Source: Trueperaceae bacterium (GTDB lineage: Bacteria; Deinococcota; Deinococci; Deinococcales; Trueperaceae). From it: a stretch of DNA of 64,000 nucleotides. The stretch is taken from positions 128,001-192,000 of the forward strand of contig JAXHLW010000013.1 of assembly GCA_034521815.1 (NCBI GenBank), in the 5' to 3' direction. Positions 24,061 to 35,599 of this stretch are shown here, piece by piece (position 1 is the first letter of the stretch; each line of letters starts with the position of its first letter). The notes under the pieces are model-generated. The model ran no database searches. It worked only from the letters and a program-made list of their open reading frames with translations, and had not been told where the DNA came from. The translations under genes and the position numbers were made by a program.

Positions 24061-25214
24061 GCCACGCGAAGCCACCGCGCGCGGACCCGAGCGAGGTAAA
24101 CCGGAACGAGGCGGACCGGAGCGAGGACGCTCAGCTGCGCAGCTTGCTCAAACGCGTGTGCGAGACGCCTGCCCCCACCTTCGACGAGGGCGCCCGCGCC
24201 ACGCTCGTCGAACAGCTGCTGCGCTCGTCCGGTGCGACGCCCCGTCGTGACGCCGTGGGGAACGTGCTCGCCTGGCTGCCGGGGGGTCACGGGCCCACCG
24301 TCGCCCTGGTCGCGCACCTCGACACCGTGTTCGGCGCCGACGTCGACGTTCGCGTGCGCGAGGAGAACGAGCGCTGCTGGAGGGCCCCTGGCATCGGCGA
24401 CAACTCCGCCAGCGTGGCGCAGCTGCTGCACCTCGCTGCGCAGGCGGATCGTGGCGCGCTGCTGGACCGTCCCAGGCTGCTGCTGGGCTTCACCGTCGGC
24501 GAGGAGGGGCTGGGCGACCTTCGCGGCGCCCGCCGACTGGTGGCCGACGTGGGCGCCGACCTCGACGCGTTCGTCGCGGTCGATGGCCACATGGGGTCGG
24601 TCGTCGACGCGGGCGTCGGGTCCCGGCGCCTGCGCGCCAGCTTCACCGCCCGCGGAGGGCACTCCTGGGGCGACTACCCGTCGCCCAGCGCGGTGCATGC
24701 GTTGGGCGACGCGGTCCATGCACTGACGCGGATTCCCGTGCCTGGCGCGCCCCGAAGCAGCCTGAACGTGGGCCAGGTGGGGGGTGGATCGGCCGTGAAC
24801 GCCATCGCGGCGTCGTCGTGGCTGACGCTGGACCTCAGGAGTCTCGATCGGGTCACGCTGGACACGCTGCGCGCCGAAGCCGAGAAGCGGCTTAGGAGCG
24901 TCGCCCGACGCCATCGCGTGGAGCTCGTCGTCGAGCCCGTCGGCGACCGGCCGGCGGGACGATCGGACGACGGGTGGCTGGCGGGGGCGGCCAGCGCCGC
25001 CTTGGAGGCGCACGGCGTGGCGTCGCGCATGGCGGCGAGCAGCACGGACGCCAACGCGGCGATGGCGGCCGGGATTCCGGCGGTGTGCCTCGGGGTGTAC
25101 GACGGCGGAGACGCGCATCGGCTGGAGGAGTGGCTCGATCCGACGTCCCTCGCCGTCGGAGCGTCGGTGCTGCGTGACCTGCTCGCTCGGCTGGCGGAAG
25201 GGCGGCGTGGCTGA
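24057..25214 (+). CDS. M20/M25/M40 family metallohydrolase
   Basis: AHLDTV, PGIGDN, VGEEGLG, GGHSWG, STDAN, AHRLEEW. Confidence 0.88.
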   Translation: MSHAKPPRADPSEVNRNEADRSEDAQLRSLLKRVCETPAPTFDEGARATLVEQLLRSSGATPRRDAVGNVLAWLPGGHGPTVALVAHLDTVFGADVDVRVREENERCWRAPGIGDNSASVAQLLHLAAQADRGALLDRPRLLLGFTVGEEGLGDLRGARRLVADVGADLDAFVAVDGHMGSVVDAGVGSRRLRASFTARGGHSWGDYPSPSAVHALGDAVHALTRIPVPGAPRSSLNVGQVGGGSAVNAIAASSWLTLDLRSLDRVTLDTLRAEAEKRLRSVARRHRVELVVEPVGDRPAGRSDDGWLAGAASAALEAHGVASRMAASSTDANAAMAAGIPAVCLGVYDGGDAHRLEEWLDPTSLAVGASVLRDLLARLAEGRRG

Positions 25215-25274
25215 CGGACGCGGGTCGCCTACGCGCGGGTCGCCTATGAACGGCGTCTCCGTCGCCTCGAGCGG

Positions 25275-25751
25275 CTAGCCGGTCGCGTCGTCTTTGCTGC
25301 CTGTGGGCGCTCTGCGCTCTCGGCGGGCGCTCAGGGCCAGCCGGTCCACCTGTTCGTTCTCGGGGTGGCCGTCGTGGCCTTTCGTCCAGCGCCACTCGAC
25401 GTCGTGGGTCGTCTCGAGCTCCAGCAGCGCTTCCCAGAGATCGCGGTTCTTCACGGCCGTTCGCGACGCGGTGCGCCAGCCGTTGCGTTGCCAGGTGTCC
25501 AGCCAGCCGTCGGTGAACGCCTTCTTCAGGTACTGAGAGTCGGTCACGAGCGTGACGCGACACGGCTCGCGCAAGGCGCGCAGGGCCTCCACCGCGGCGC
25601 CGAGCTCCATGCGGTTGTTCGTCGTGTTCGGCGCGAAGCCGCTGTCGCTGCGTACGTGGTCGCCGTAGCGGATGAGGTAGCCCCAGCCGCCGTCACCGCT
25701 TCCGGTGTCGCAGGAGCCGTCCGTCCAGATCGTCACGTGCTTGCGGGCCAT
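25275..25751 (-). CDS. rnhA: Ribonuclease HI
   Basis: WTDGSC, TTNNRMEL, TDSQY, VKNRDLW, KGHDGHPENEQVD. Confidence 0.96.
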   Translation of the reverse strand: MARKHVTIWTDGSCDTGSGDGGWGYLIRYGDHVRSDSGFAPNTTNNRMELGAAVEALRALREPCRVTLVTDSQYLKKAFTDGWLDTWQRNGWRTASRTAVKNRDLWEALLELETTHDVEWRWTKGHDGHPENEQVDRLALSARRERRAPTGSKDDATG

Positions 25752-25933
25752 GGTCACAAGGGTACCCGTGCGACGGATACCCGTGCGACGGATCGACGAC
25801 GCGCGGTCCGTGGACGCGCACACCCAAGGCTGTACAACCTCTGTTCAATGATGTCGGGTGTCGATATCTGCGTGGTGCACGAAGTAACGACAATTCGACA
25901 CGTTCACGAACGTTCCGTACGACCCCTTTGGGC

Positions 25934-25962
25934 TTGACAAGCCTTGGACGCGGAGCTACACT
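25934..25962 (+). promoter_or_regulatory. Sigma70-type promoter of litR/carH
   Basis: TTGACA (25934-25939), 17-nt spacer, TACACT (25957-25962). Confidence 0.85.
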
Positions 25963-26010
25963 TCGCTCAGTTGGACAAGGGTTCTACACAAGCCCTACGA
26001 CCCTTGGACA
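25934..26010 (+). promoter_or_regulatory. CarH-type operator: 11-bp phased direct repeats (TnnACA core)
   Basis: Cores at 25934/25945 (over the -35) and 25972 TGGACA, 25983 TCTACA, 25994 CCTACG, 26005 TGGACA. Confidence 0.7.
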
Positions 26011-26030
26011 AACGGCCTTGGAGGCTCACG

Positions 26031-26930
26031 ATGGGACGCGGAAAATTCACCGTGAACGAAGTCGAGGAACGCACGGGCGTACCCGCCGCGACGCTTCGTC
26101 AGTGGGAGCGCCGCTACGGCTTTCCCCTTCCTGAACGATCCGACGCCGGGTACCGGCTCTACAGCGATGACGACATCCGGTGCATCGCTGCGATGAAGCG
26201 GCACATCGCCGACGGCGTGCCGGCCTCGCGCGCCGCGGAGCTCGCCAAGAACCTTCCAGGGCCCCACGCCTCCGGCGAAGGCCGGCCGGCGTCCGCGCTG
26301 CGCGACGACTTGGTCGACGCGCTCGTCGAGCTCGACGACCACGCCGCCGACCGCGTTCTGGGCGAAGCCCACGCGCTACACCCCGTCGAGGCCGTGATGA
26401 CGGACGTGCTTCAGCCCACCATGCTGGAGATCGGTCAGCGCTGGCACGACGGAACGCTCGCGACGACCACCGAGCACTTCGCGAGCAGCTACGTGCAGGG
26501 GCGTCTTCGCGCGCTGCTGTCGCTGGCCGGCCAGCACCGGCGGAGCCCAGGCGTGATCGTGGCCTGTGCACCGCTGGACCAGCACGAGCTCGGAGCGCTG
26601 ATGCTCGCCGTGATGCTGCGCCGACGCGGCTACCGCGTGACCTACGTGGGAGCGAACACGCCCGTCGCGGACCTCGCGGCGATGGCCCGGGATACGCAGC
26701 CGCTCGCGTTGATGATCTCGGCCTCGACCCAGGAGTCGCTGAACGAGCTCCGGGCCCGGCAGGAGCTTCTCGCCTCGGCAGCGCCGATCGTGGTGTTCGG
26801 CGGACCGGTGTTCAACCACGACCCGTCGGCCGCCGAGGAGCTCGGCGGGCACTACCTGGCCGAGAGCGTCGTCAGCGCCGTCGACCGGTTCGACGAGCTC
26901 GTACGACACCACGAGGTCGGGGTCGCATGA
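26031..26930 (+). CDS. litR: B12-dependent light-sensing MerR-family repressor (LitR/CarH)
   Basis: MerR HTH (LRQWERRYG, RLYS), W-x9-EH motif (RWHDGTLATTTEH), cobalamin-binding DQHELGALM. Confidence 0.92.
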   Translation: MGRGKFTVNEVEERTGVPAATLRQWERRYGFPLPERSDAGYRLYSDDDIRCIAAMKRHIADGVPASRAAELAKNLPGPHASGEGRPASALRDDLVDALVELDDHAADRVLGEAHALHPVEAVMTDVLQPTMLEIGQRWHDGTLATTTEHFASSYVQGRLRALLSLAGQHRRSPGVIVACAPLDQHELGALMLAVMLRRRGYRVTYVGANTPVADLAAMARDTQPLALMISASTQESLNELRARQELLASAAPIVVFGGPVFNHDPSAAEELGGHYLAESVVSAVDRFDELVRHHEVGVA

Positions 26931-27082
26931 CCACCGTTACCGCTTCCACCGCCGCATCCTCCGCCGTAGCCACGTTCTCACCCTCTCACGCAGCCAGCGA
27001 GTCGTTCCCGTCCCCCGCCACGCACCGGCGCCACGCCGAGCCCGGCACCACGAAGGGCCGTCCGGCCCGAGGAGGTCTACCC

Positions 27083-27739
27083 GTGAACACCCCACTCCTG
27101 TACGACGCCCACACCCGCACCGACACCGTCGGCTCCCGCGAGGCGCTGCTGCCGAGCCAGGTGCTGGCGTTCCAGCGCAAGCAGGCGCTCTACCACCACG
27201 GCGACCCGGCCAACTCGGTGTTCCGGGTTCGCTCCGGACTGGTGCGCATCACCCGGATGACGCCGGAAGGTCGGATCCTCACGGTTCGGCACGTGCTGCC
27301 CGGCGACTACTTCGGCGAAGAGGCGTTCATGAGCGGTCAGCGCGAGGAGATGGCGGAAGCGCTGACCATCACCGAGATCGAAGCGATCGATCCCGAGCGC
27401 ATCGGGGGGGACGACCTGATGACGATCACGCGTTCACTGTCGAAGCAGATGCAGCGGCTGATGGACTACGAGTATCACCTGCAGACCGGCGATCTCAGGC
27501 AGCGGGTGTCGCGCTACCTGCTCACGCTGGCCGACACGCCGCTCGCCACCCGCGACGGCCGGGGCCGGCCGACGATCTCGGCGACCCACGAGCTGCTCGC
27601 GGAAGGGACCGCCTCGACCCGCGAGAGCGTCTCGAAGATCATCACCGAGCTTCGCGCGGACGGTCTGATCGAGTCCGGCTACCGCAGCATCACCGTCGTC
27701 GACGCCGGCAGCCTGGACGAGATCGCGCACGGATTCTGA
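27083..27739 (+). CDS. ldrP: LdrP-like Crp/Fnr activator (alternative start 26927)
   Basis: RHVLPGDYFGEEA, HLQTGDLRQR, RESVSK strongly resemble Thermus LdrP as I recall it; directly follows litR; GAGGAGG RBS before GTG 27083. Confidence 0.85.
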   Translation: MNTPLLYDAHTRTDTVGSREALLPSQVLAFQRKQALYHHGDPANSVFRVRSGLVRITRMTPEGRILTVRHVLPGDYFGEEAFMSGQREEMAEALTITEIEAIDPERIGGDDLMTITRSLSKQMQRLMDYEYHLQTGDLRQRVSRYLLTLADTPLATRDGRGRPTISATHELLAEGTASTRESVSKIITELRADGLIESGYRSITVVDAGSLDEIAHGF

Positions 27740-27786
27740 ACGCCGCCCGCGCAGGACGTCGCTGCGCGCGCCAAAGAACGACGATG

Positions 27787-27820
27787 GGGAGGCCCGCCGC
27801 GCACGCGCGGCGGGCCTCCC
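27787..27820. terminator. Hairpin between convergent ldrP and acpS, likely bidirectional terminator
   Basis: GGGAGGCCCGCCGCGC-AC-GCGCGGCGGGCCTCCC perfect 16-nt arms; no long U tract. Confidence 0.7.
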
Positions 27821-27836
27821 TTCGGCCTCTGGATCG

Positions 27837-28205
27837 TCAGTCGGCGAGCTTCTCGAGCACGACCACCGCCGCGGCGTGATCTCGTGAATGGCTCAACGAC
27901 AGGTGCGCCACCAAGCCTTGCCGGTGCAGCTCCTGCGTGATCGCGCGGCTCCACGCCAGGTGAGGGGCGTGACCCTTGCGGACCACCCAGACGTCGCGCC
28001 AGCCGTGCGGATCCGGCCAGCACTTCTGGAACGCCTCCTTGGCCGCGAAGCGGGCCGCGAGCGATGGCACCGGATCGCGCTGCTCACGACAGTACGCCAC
28101 CTCGTCGGGGGTGAAATGCCGGGTCAGGAACCGCGTCGGATGACGGTCCAGCACACCTCGGATGCGAGCGAGCTCGACGAGATCGAGACCGACCGCGATG
28201 ATCAC
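27837..28205 (-). CDS. acpS: Holo-ACP synthase
   Basis: GLDLVE, LAARFAAKEA, LSLSH. Confidence 0.92.
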   Translation of the reverse strand: MIIAVGLDLVELARIRGVLDRHPTRFLTRHFTPDEVAYCREQRDPVPSLAARFAAKEAFQKCWPDPHGWRDVWVVRKGHAPHLAWSRAITQELHRQGLVAHLSLSHSRDHAAAVVVLEKLAD

Positions 28206-28930
28206 GAGGGCCGAACGAGCCGCTCGACGGTCGTCTCGGACGCGGCGGTCTCGGACGCGGAGGTCTCTGAGGCGCCGGTCTCCGACGCGAGGTACGCGAC
28301 GTCCGCCATGCCCAAGAACAGGCCGTGGCCAAGCACGCCGGGCAGCCCGTCCAGCTCGGCCGCCAGGCGGTCGAGGTCCGCTTCGGTCGGCAGCGCGCAG
28401 TCCAGGATCGGGTTGCCGTTGTCCGACAGGAACGGCTCGGTCTCGCCGCCGCGAAGGCGTGGCTCCAGGCCAAGGGCGCGAAGCCGGTCTTCGGTGCGGG
28501 CGACGCCGAACGCCAGCACCTCGACCGGTAGCGGCGCCAGGGTGCCCAGCCGTGTCGAGCGCTTGCCGTCGTCGCCGATCAGGACGAAGCCGCGCGCCGA
28601 GGCCGCGACGATCTTCTCGCGGAGCAGCGCGCCGCCGAGACCCTTGATCGCGTTCAGCGCGCCGTCGAGCTCGTCCATCCCGTCGACGGCCAGGTCCACG
28701 CCTCCAGCGGGCAGGTCGATCAGCGGGATGCCCGTCTTTCGCGCCGTTCGTTCCGTCGCGCGCGACGTGGGCACGCCGCGCACGTCGGCGAGGTCGCCCG
28801 ACGCGATCCGGCGGCCCACGCCGAGAAGGAAGGCGTGCGCGGTCGTTCCCGAGCCGAGACCGAGCACCATGCCCGACTCGACGTCCTGAAGCGCGGCGTC
28901 GGCGGCGGCAGCCTTGCGAGCGTCGCTCAC
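28202..28930 (-). CDS. rpiA: Ribose-5-phosphate isomerase A
   Basis: GLGSGTT, VDGMDE, IKGLGGALLREK, SDNGNPILD, HGLF. Confidence 0.93.
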   Translation of the reverse strand: MSDARKAAAADAALQDVESGMVLGLGSGTTAHAFLLGVGRRIASGDLADVRGVPTSRATERTARKTGIPLIDLPAGGVDLAVDGMDELDGALNAIKGLGGALLREKIVAASARGFVLIGDDGKRSTRLGTLAPLPVEVLAFGVARTEDRLRALGLEPRLRGGETEPFLSDNGNPILDCALPTEADLDRLAAELDGLPGVLGHGLFLGMADVAYLASETGASETSASETAASETTVERLVRPS

Positions 28931-28931
28931 C

Positions 28932-29393
28932 TCAGTCCCGCAGGGCCTCGAGCTTGGCGCGGACCCGGTCCACGTGCCCGGTCGACTTGACGTTGCGCAT
29001 CGCCGCGGCCAGGGTGCCGTCCGGCGCGATGATGAACGTCGATCGCAACAGGCCGGTGACCTCCTTGCCGTACAGCTTCCGGGTCCCCCACGCGCCGTAC
29101 GCCTTGGCGATCTCGTGGTCCTCGTCGGACGCCAACGGGAAGGGAAGGCCGTGCTCGTCGGCGAACGAACGATGGCTGTCCACCGGGTCGGGCGAGACGC
29201 CCAGCACCTTGGCGTCGAGGCCCGGCAGCGCGTCCCGGAAGTCGCACGCCTCGGTGGTGCATCCCGACGTGAAGTCCTTCGGGTAGAAGTAGAGCACCAG
29301 CCAGTCGCCGCCGAAGTCCGACAGGGACACGGGTCCGTTCGTGGACTCCGCGCGGAAGTCCGGTGCTGGATCGCCTTGCTCGGGAGCGGTCAT
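28932..29393 (-). CDS. bcp: Peroxiredoxin (BCP/PrxQ)
   Basis: YFYPKDFTSGCTTEACDFRD, RSTFII; ATG 7 nt after TATGCT. Confidence 0.93.
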   Translation of the reverse strand: MTAPEQGDPAPDFRAESTNGPVSLSDFGGDWLVLYFYPKDFTSGCTTEACDFRDALPGLDAKVLGVSPDPVDSHRSFADEHGLPFPLASDEDHEIAKAYGAWGTRKLYGKEVTGLLRSTFIIAPDGTLAAAMRNVKSTGHVDRVRAKLEALRD

Positions 29394-29467
29394 GCGCGTG
29401 AGCATACCGCGCGCTGCGCCCGCACGCCGACGACGCGCCGCCGGGTGCTGCAGGTAGGATGACGACC

Positions 29468-30052
29468 GTGACGAACGAGGCGCGACCCCCGATGCTGCTG
29501 GCCAGCGGCAGTCCACGGCGACGCGAGCTGCTCGCGGCGCTGGGCGTCCCGTTCGAGGTACGACCCGCCGACGTGGACGAGACCCCACGGGCCGACGAAG
29601 CCCCGCGGACCACGGCCGAGCGACTCGCTTCGGCCAAGGCGGACGTCGTCGCGAGCGGACGACCCGACGCGATGGTGCTGGCCGCCGACACGGTCGTGAT
29701 CCTGGACGGCCGCGCGCTGGGCAAGCCGCAGGACGAGGACGAGAACCGACGGTTCCTGCACGCCCTCGCCGGCGTACGGCACACCGTCGTCACGGCGCAC
29801 CACCTCCGCTGGGGCGAGCGACGCGCGGTCGCGTCGGTCGCCACCGAGGTTCGCCTCCGGGAGCTGAGCGAGGCGGAGATCGAGCGCTGGGTGCGAAGCG
29901 GCAACGGCCTCGACAAGGCGGGCGGCTACGCGATCCAGGACGTGGGGGCGGCGCTGGTCGCCGACCTGGACGGCTGCTACACCAACGTCGTCGGCCTCAG
30001 CCTCCCGGCCGTCGTGGCGGCCGCGCGCCGACTCGGGGTGGCCCTTGTCTAG
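29468..30052 (+). CDS. maf: Maf family nucleotide pyrophosphatase
   Basis: LASGSPRRRELL, AADTVV, GKP, DKAGGYAIQ, NVVGL; GTG 29468 lies 7 nt after TAGGAT (ATG 29459 is the alternative). Confidence 0.93.
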   Translation: MTNEARPPMLLASGSPRRRELLAALGVPFEVRPADVDETPRADEAPRTTAERLASAKADVVASGRPDAMVLAADTVVILDGRALGKPQDEDENRRFLHALAGVRHTVVTAHHLRWGERRAVASVATEVRLRELSEAEIERWVRSGNGLDKAGGYAIQDVGAALVADLDGCYTNVVGLSLPAVVAAARRLGVALV

Positions 30053-30827
30053 CTTCTTCCGTGCCTGGTACGTGTTCCTGGCGCTGGGTCTCGTCACCTT
30101 CGTCGCGACCGCGTTCGTCGGGCGCGCGCCGACGCTGCTGTCCGCGGCCGTCGCCATGCCGCACCAGATCCCCTACCGGCTGGGGGTCAACGCCAGGCAG
30201 ACGCTCGTCTCGCTGACCGACCGCCGGGACCTGCGCGCAGAGAACGCAGCGCTGCGCGAGGCGCTGGAGGCCGAGCGGGCCCTCACCCGCGAGCTGGAGC
30301 TCGAGACGGCCCGCCTGCGCGAAGTGCTCGCGATCCGCGAGGACCAGAGCCCGGGCGTGGTCACGACCGCGCCGGTGGTCGGCGGCAGCTCCGGCCTGAC
30401 GGTCGAGCGGCTGGTCCTCGGTGCCGGCGCGGGCGACGGCGTGGCCAAGAACATGCCGGTCACCGTCCCGGCGGGTCTGGTCGGCATCGTCGTCGACGTC
30501 GCCGGAGGACGGACGGTCGTCCGCACCATCCTCGATCCCGAATCGCGCGTCGGCGTCTCGGTCCGCGACAAGGGGGGACAGGGCGTCGCCGTCGGCGAGG
30601 TGGGAGGGCGCGTGCGTGTCGTCCGCTTCGTGCAGAGCGAGCCGGTCGAGGTGGGCGACGTGGTCGAGACGAGCAGCTACGGCGGGCTGTTCCCCCGCGG
30701 CGTCCGCGTCGGCATCGTCACCGAGGTCCTTCCCCCCGATCCGAACGACCTGCGCCGAAGCTTCCTGGTCCAGCCGGCGGTGGACCTGTCGACGCTCCTG
30801 CAGGTCGCGCTGATCGCGCCGCAGTGA
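30045..30827 (+). CDS. mreC: Rod shape-determining protein MreC
   Basis: N-terminal TM, coiled coil (LRAENAALRE), GLVG, GDVVETSSYGGLFPRG; follows maf. Confidence 0.88.
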   Translation: MSSFFRAWYVFLALGLVTFVATAFVGRAPTLLSAAVAMPHQIPYRLGVNARQTLVSLTDRRDLRAENAALREALEAERALTRELELETARLREVLAIREDQSPGVVTTAPVVGGSSGLTVERLVLGAGAGDGVAKNMPVTVPAGLVGIVVDVAGGRTVVRTILDPESRVGVSVRDKGGQGVAVGEVGGRVRVVRFVQSEPVEVGDVVETSSYGGLFPRGVRVGIVTEVLPPDPNDLRRSFLVQPAVDLSTLLQVALIAPQ

Positions 30828-30857
30828 CCGCCACCTAGGCTGCCGCTCCCGCGCTGC

Positions 30858-33383
<2,526 letters not shown>

Positions 33384-33540
33384 GCGGGTCCTCCAACGGC
33401 GCTTCAGGAGCGCGGACCGTCCGGCGTCGGCAGGACGGTGAAGAGCGACGCACGGCGCCGCGGGTGCTCGGTCGTGTCCACACGACGCCGCCCCGGCCAA
33501 GGCCGAGGCGCGCACGGGACTCCCGCCTGCTGAAAAGCGC

Positions 33541-33588
33541 TCAACGCAGGCGGAACCCCGGGCCAGATAGTCGCAGGGCGCGGATCAT
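33541..33588 (-). promoter_or_regulatory. Putative leuS leader peptide [15 protein letters not shown] (leaderless uORF, attenuator)
   Basis: ATG 7 nt after TACGAT (33596-33601); 3 Leu codons including rare CTA; a hairpin overlaps its stop codon. Confidence 0.6.
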
Positions 33589-33620
33589 CGAACGCATCGT
33601 AGCCGCGTCCCAGAGGGGTG

Positions 33621-34028
33621 TCAACGCGTCGGTCCCGCCGGCGCGTCCGTGGCTGCCGCCGCCTCGCCGATCGCGTCGATCAGGCTGTGGACGTAGATCA
33701 GGGCGCGGGTGTCCGGCTCGCGCTCCAGCCGGATCCAGCGACGCGCCTCGAAGTACAGGCAGCCGCGCAGCCGGTCCAGATCGCCGGTCAGCCACGCCGG
33801 CAGCTCGCCGCCGGCGGACCATTGCGACACGGCGCGATTGGCCATCTCGCCGCACATCGTCATGCCGAAACGCTGGTAGCCGTCGAAGGTGTACGCGAAC
33901 GCGATCACCTCTTCGAACGGCGCGCGGGGATGGGGGAGCTGGTCGCGCGTCAACGCGTCGTGCGCGACCGGCCGTACGGCCGTCCCGCGCTCGCCCGCGA
34001 CGCTCTCGTTCGGTGACGGGTCGTCCAT
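33621..34028 (-). CDS. Hypothetical protein (135 aa)
   Basis: ATG 6 nt after TACCGT; globular-looking core FAYTFDGY...LRGCLYFEARRW. Confidence 0.75.
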   Translation of the reverse strand: MDDPSPNESVAGERGTAVRPVAHDALTRDQLPHPRAPFEEVIAFAYTFDGYQRFGMTMCGEMANRAVSQWSAGGELPAWLTGDLDRLRGCLYFEARRWIRLEREPDTRALIYVHSLIDAIGEAAAATDAPAGPTR

Positions 34029-34155
34029 GCCGGCACGGTACCGCCGCGAGCCGTGCCCCGTCGTCGTTTCGCCTCTCGGGACCAGCGGGTAGACTGGCGG
34101 CGGACATCGACGTACGGATCGTGCGCGGGCGATCGCCCGCAGGGAAGGAACCAAG

Positions 34156-35547
34156 GTGGACTACGAACTGATCGTGATCGGCTCGGGCCCCGGCGGGTAT
34201 CACGCCGCCCTGCGTGCCGCCCAGCTGGGCCTCCGCACCGCGGTGGTCGAGAAGGGCGCCATCGGCGGGGTCTGCCTGAACATCGGCTGCATTCCCACGA
34301 AGGCGCTCCTGCACGTCGCTGCGGACCTCCGCGAGGCCGCGCACGCGACCGAGTTCGGCGTGGACTTCGGCGAGCCGAAGATCGACCTGGACCGTCTCGA
34401 GTCGTGGAAGAGCTCGGTGGTCGACAAGATGACCGGCGGCGTCTCGATGCTGTTCAAGGGCGCCAAGGTCGAGCGGATCGATGGCGAGGCGGTCTTCTCC
34501 GGACCGAACGAGCTCACGGTCGGCGACCGCACCGTCACGTTCGAGAAGGCGATCGTCGCGACGGGCTCGTCGCCGATCGTGATCCCGGGCTTCGAGCCCG
34601 ACGGCGAGGGGGTCGTCGATTCGACCGGCGCGCTGCAGGTGCCCGAGATCCCGGCCCGCTTCATGGCGATCGGCGGCAGCGCCATCGGCCTGGAGTTCGC
34701 CGACATCTACCACGCGCTCGGGTCCGAGACCACGGTCGTGGAGATGCTGGACCAGATCGTCCCGGCCAGCGATCCGGACGCGGCGAAGGCGCTTCGCAAG
34801 AGCTTCGAGAAGCGCGGCGTGACCATCCGTACCGGCACGAAGGCGGTCTCGAAGAAGAAGACGAAGGACGGCATCGAAGTCACGCTCGAAAGCTCGGACG
34901 GCACGCAGGAGACGGTCGTGGTCGACAAGCTCCTCGTCGCCGTCGGGCGCAGGCCCAACTCCGGGGGCCTGGGCCTCGAGGAGATCGGCGTGAAGATCGA
35001 CGAGCGCGGCTTCGTGCCGACCGACGAGACGATGCGAACCTCGCTCGAGCACGTCTACGCGATCGGCGACGTGGCCTGCCCTCCGTTGCTGGCGCACAAG
35101 GCGATGAAGGAGGGGCTCGTGGCGGCCGAGCACGCGGCAGGCAAGCCGGCGGCGTACGACACCGTGGTGCCCTCCGTGATCTACACCAGCCCCGAGCTGG
35201 CGTCGGTCGGGATGACCGAGGCCGAAGCCGAGGAGGCGGGCTTCGAGGTCCGTATCGGCACCTTCCCGATGTCGGCGTCCGGCCGCGCCACGGCGCTCGG
35301 CGGAAGCGAGGGACTCGTCAAGCTGATCGGCGACGCCAAGACCGACGTGCTGCTGGGCTTCCACATGGTCGGGCCCGGCGCGGGCGACATCGTGGCCGAG
35401 GCGGCGCTGGCGATCGAGATGGGCGCCACGCTCGAGGACATCGCGCTCACGCAGCATCCGCACCCGACCATCTCCGAGACGGTGATGGAGGCGGCGGAGC
35501 ACGCGCACGGCCAGGCGATCCACATCGCCAACCGGCGGCGGCGCTGA
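34156..35547 (+). CDS. lpdA: Dihydrolipoamide dehydrogenase
   Basis: [31 protein letters not shown]. Confidence 0.96.
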   Translation: MDYELIVIGSGPGGYHAALRAAQLGLRTAVVEKGAIGGVCLNIGCIPTKALLHVAADLREAAHATEFGVDFGEPKIDLDRLESWKSSVVDKMTGGVSMLFKGAKVERIDGEAVFSGPNELTVGDRTVTFEKAIVATGSSPIVIPGFEPDGEGVVDSTGALQVPEIPARFMAIGGSAIGLEFADIYHALGSETTVVEMLDQIVPASDPDAAKALRKSFEKRGVTIRTGTKAVSKKKTKDGIEVTLESSDGTQETVVVDKLLVAVGRRPNSGGLGLEEIGVKIDERGFVPTDETMRTSLEHVYAIGDVACPPLLAHKAMKEGLVAAEHAAGKPAAYDTVVPSVIYTSPELASVGMTEAEAEEAGFEVRIGTFPMSASGRATALGGSEGLVKLIGDAKTDVLLGFHMVGPGAGDIVAEAALAIEMGATLEDIALTQHPHPTISETVMEAAEHAHGQAIHIANRRRR

Positions 35548-35599
35548 GCGAGCCCGTGCAGGCGCACGCTGCGCCGCCGGACCGGCGGGCGCGTGCGCC

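Noticed and set aside
33384-33620. T-box riboswitch upstream of leuS
   Set aside because: No recognisable T-box (GGTGG-ACC) sequence, specifier stem or U-tract terminator; a leader-peptide model fits better.
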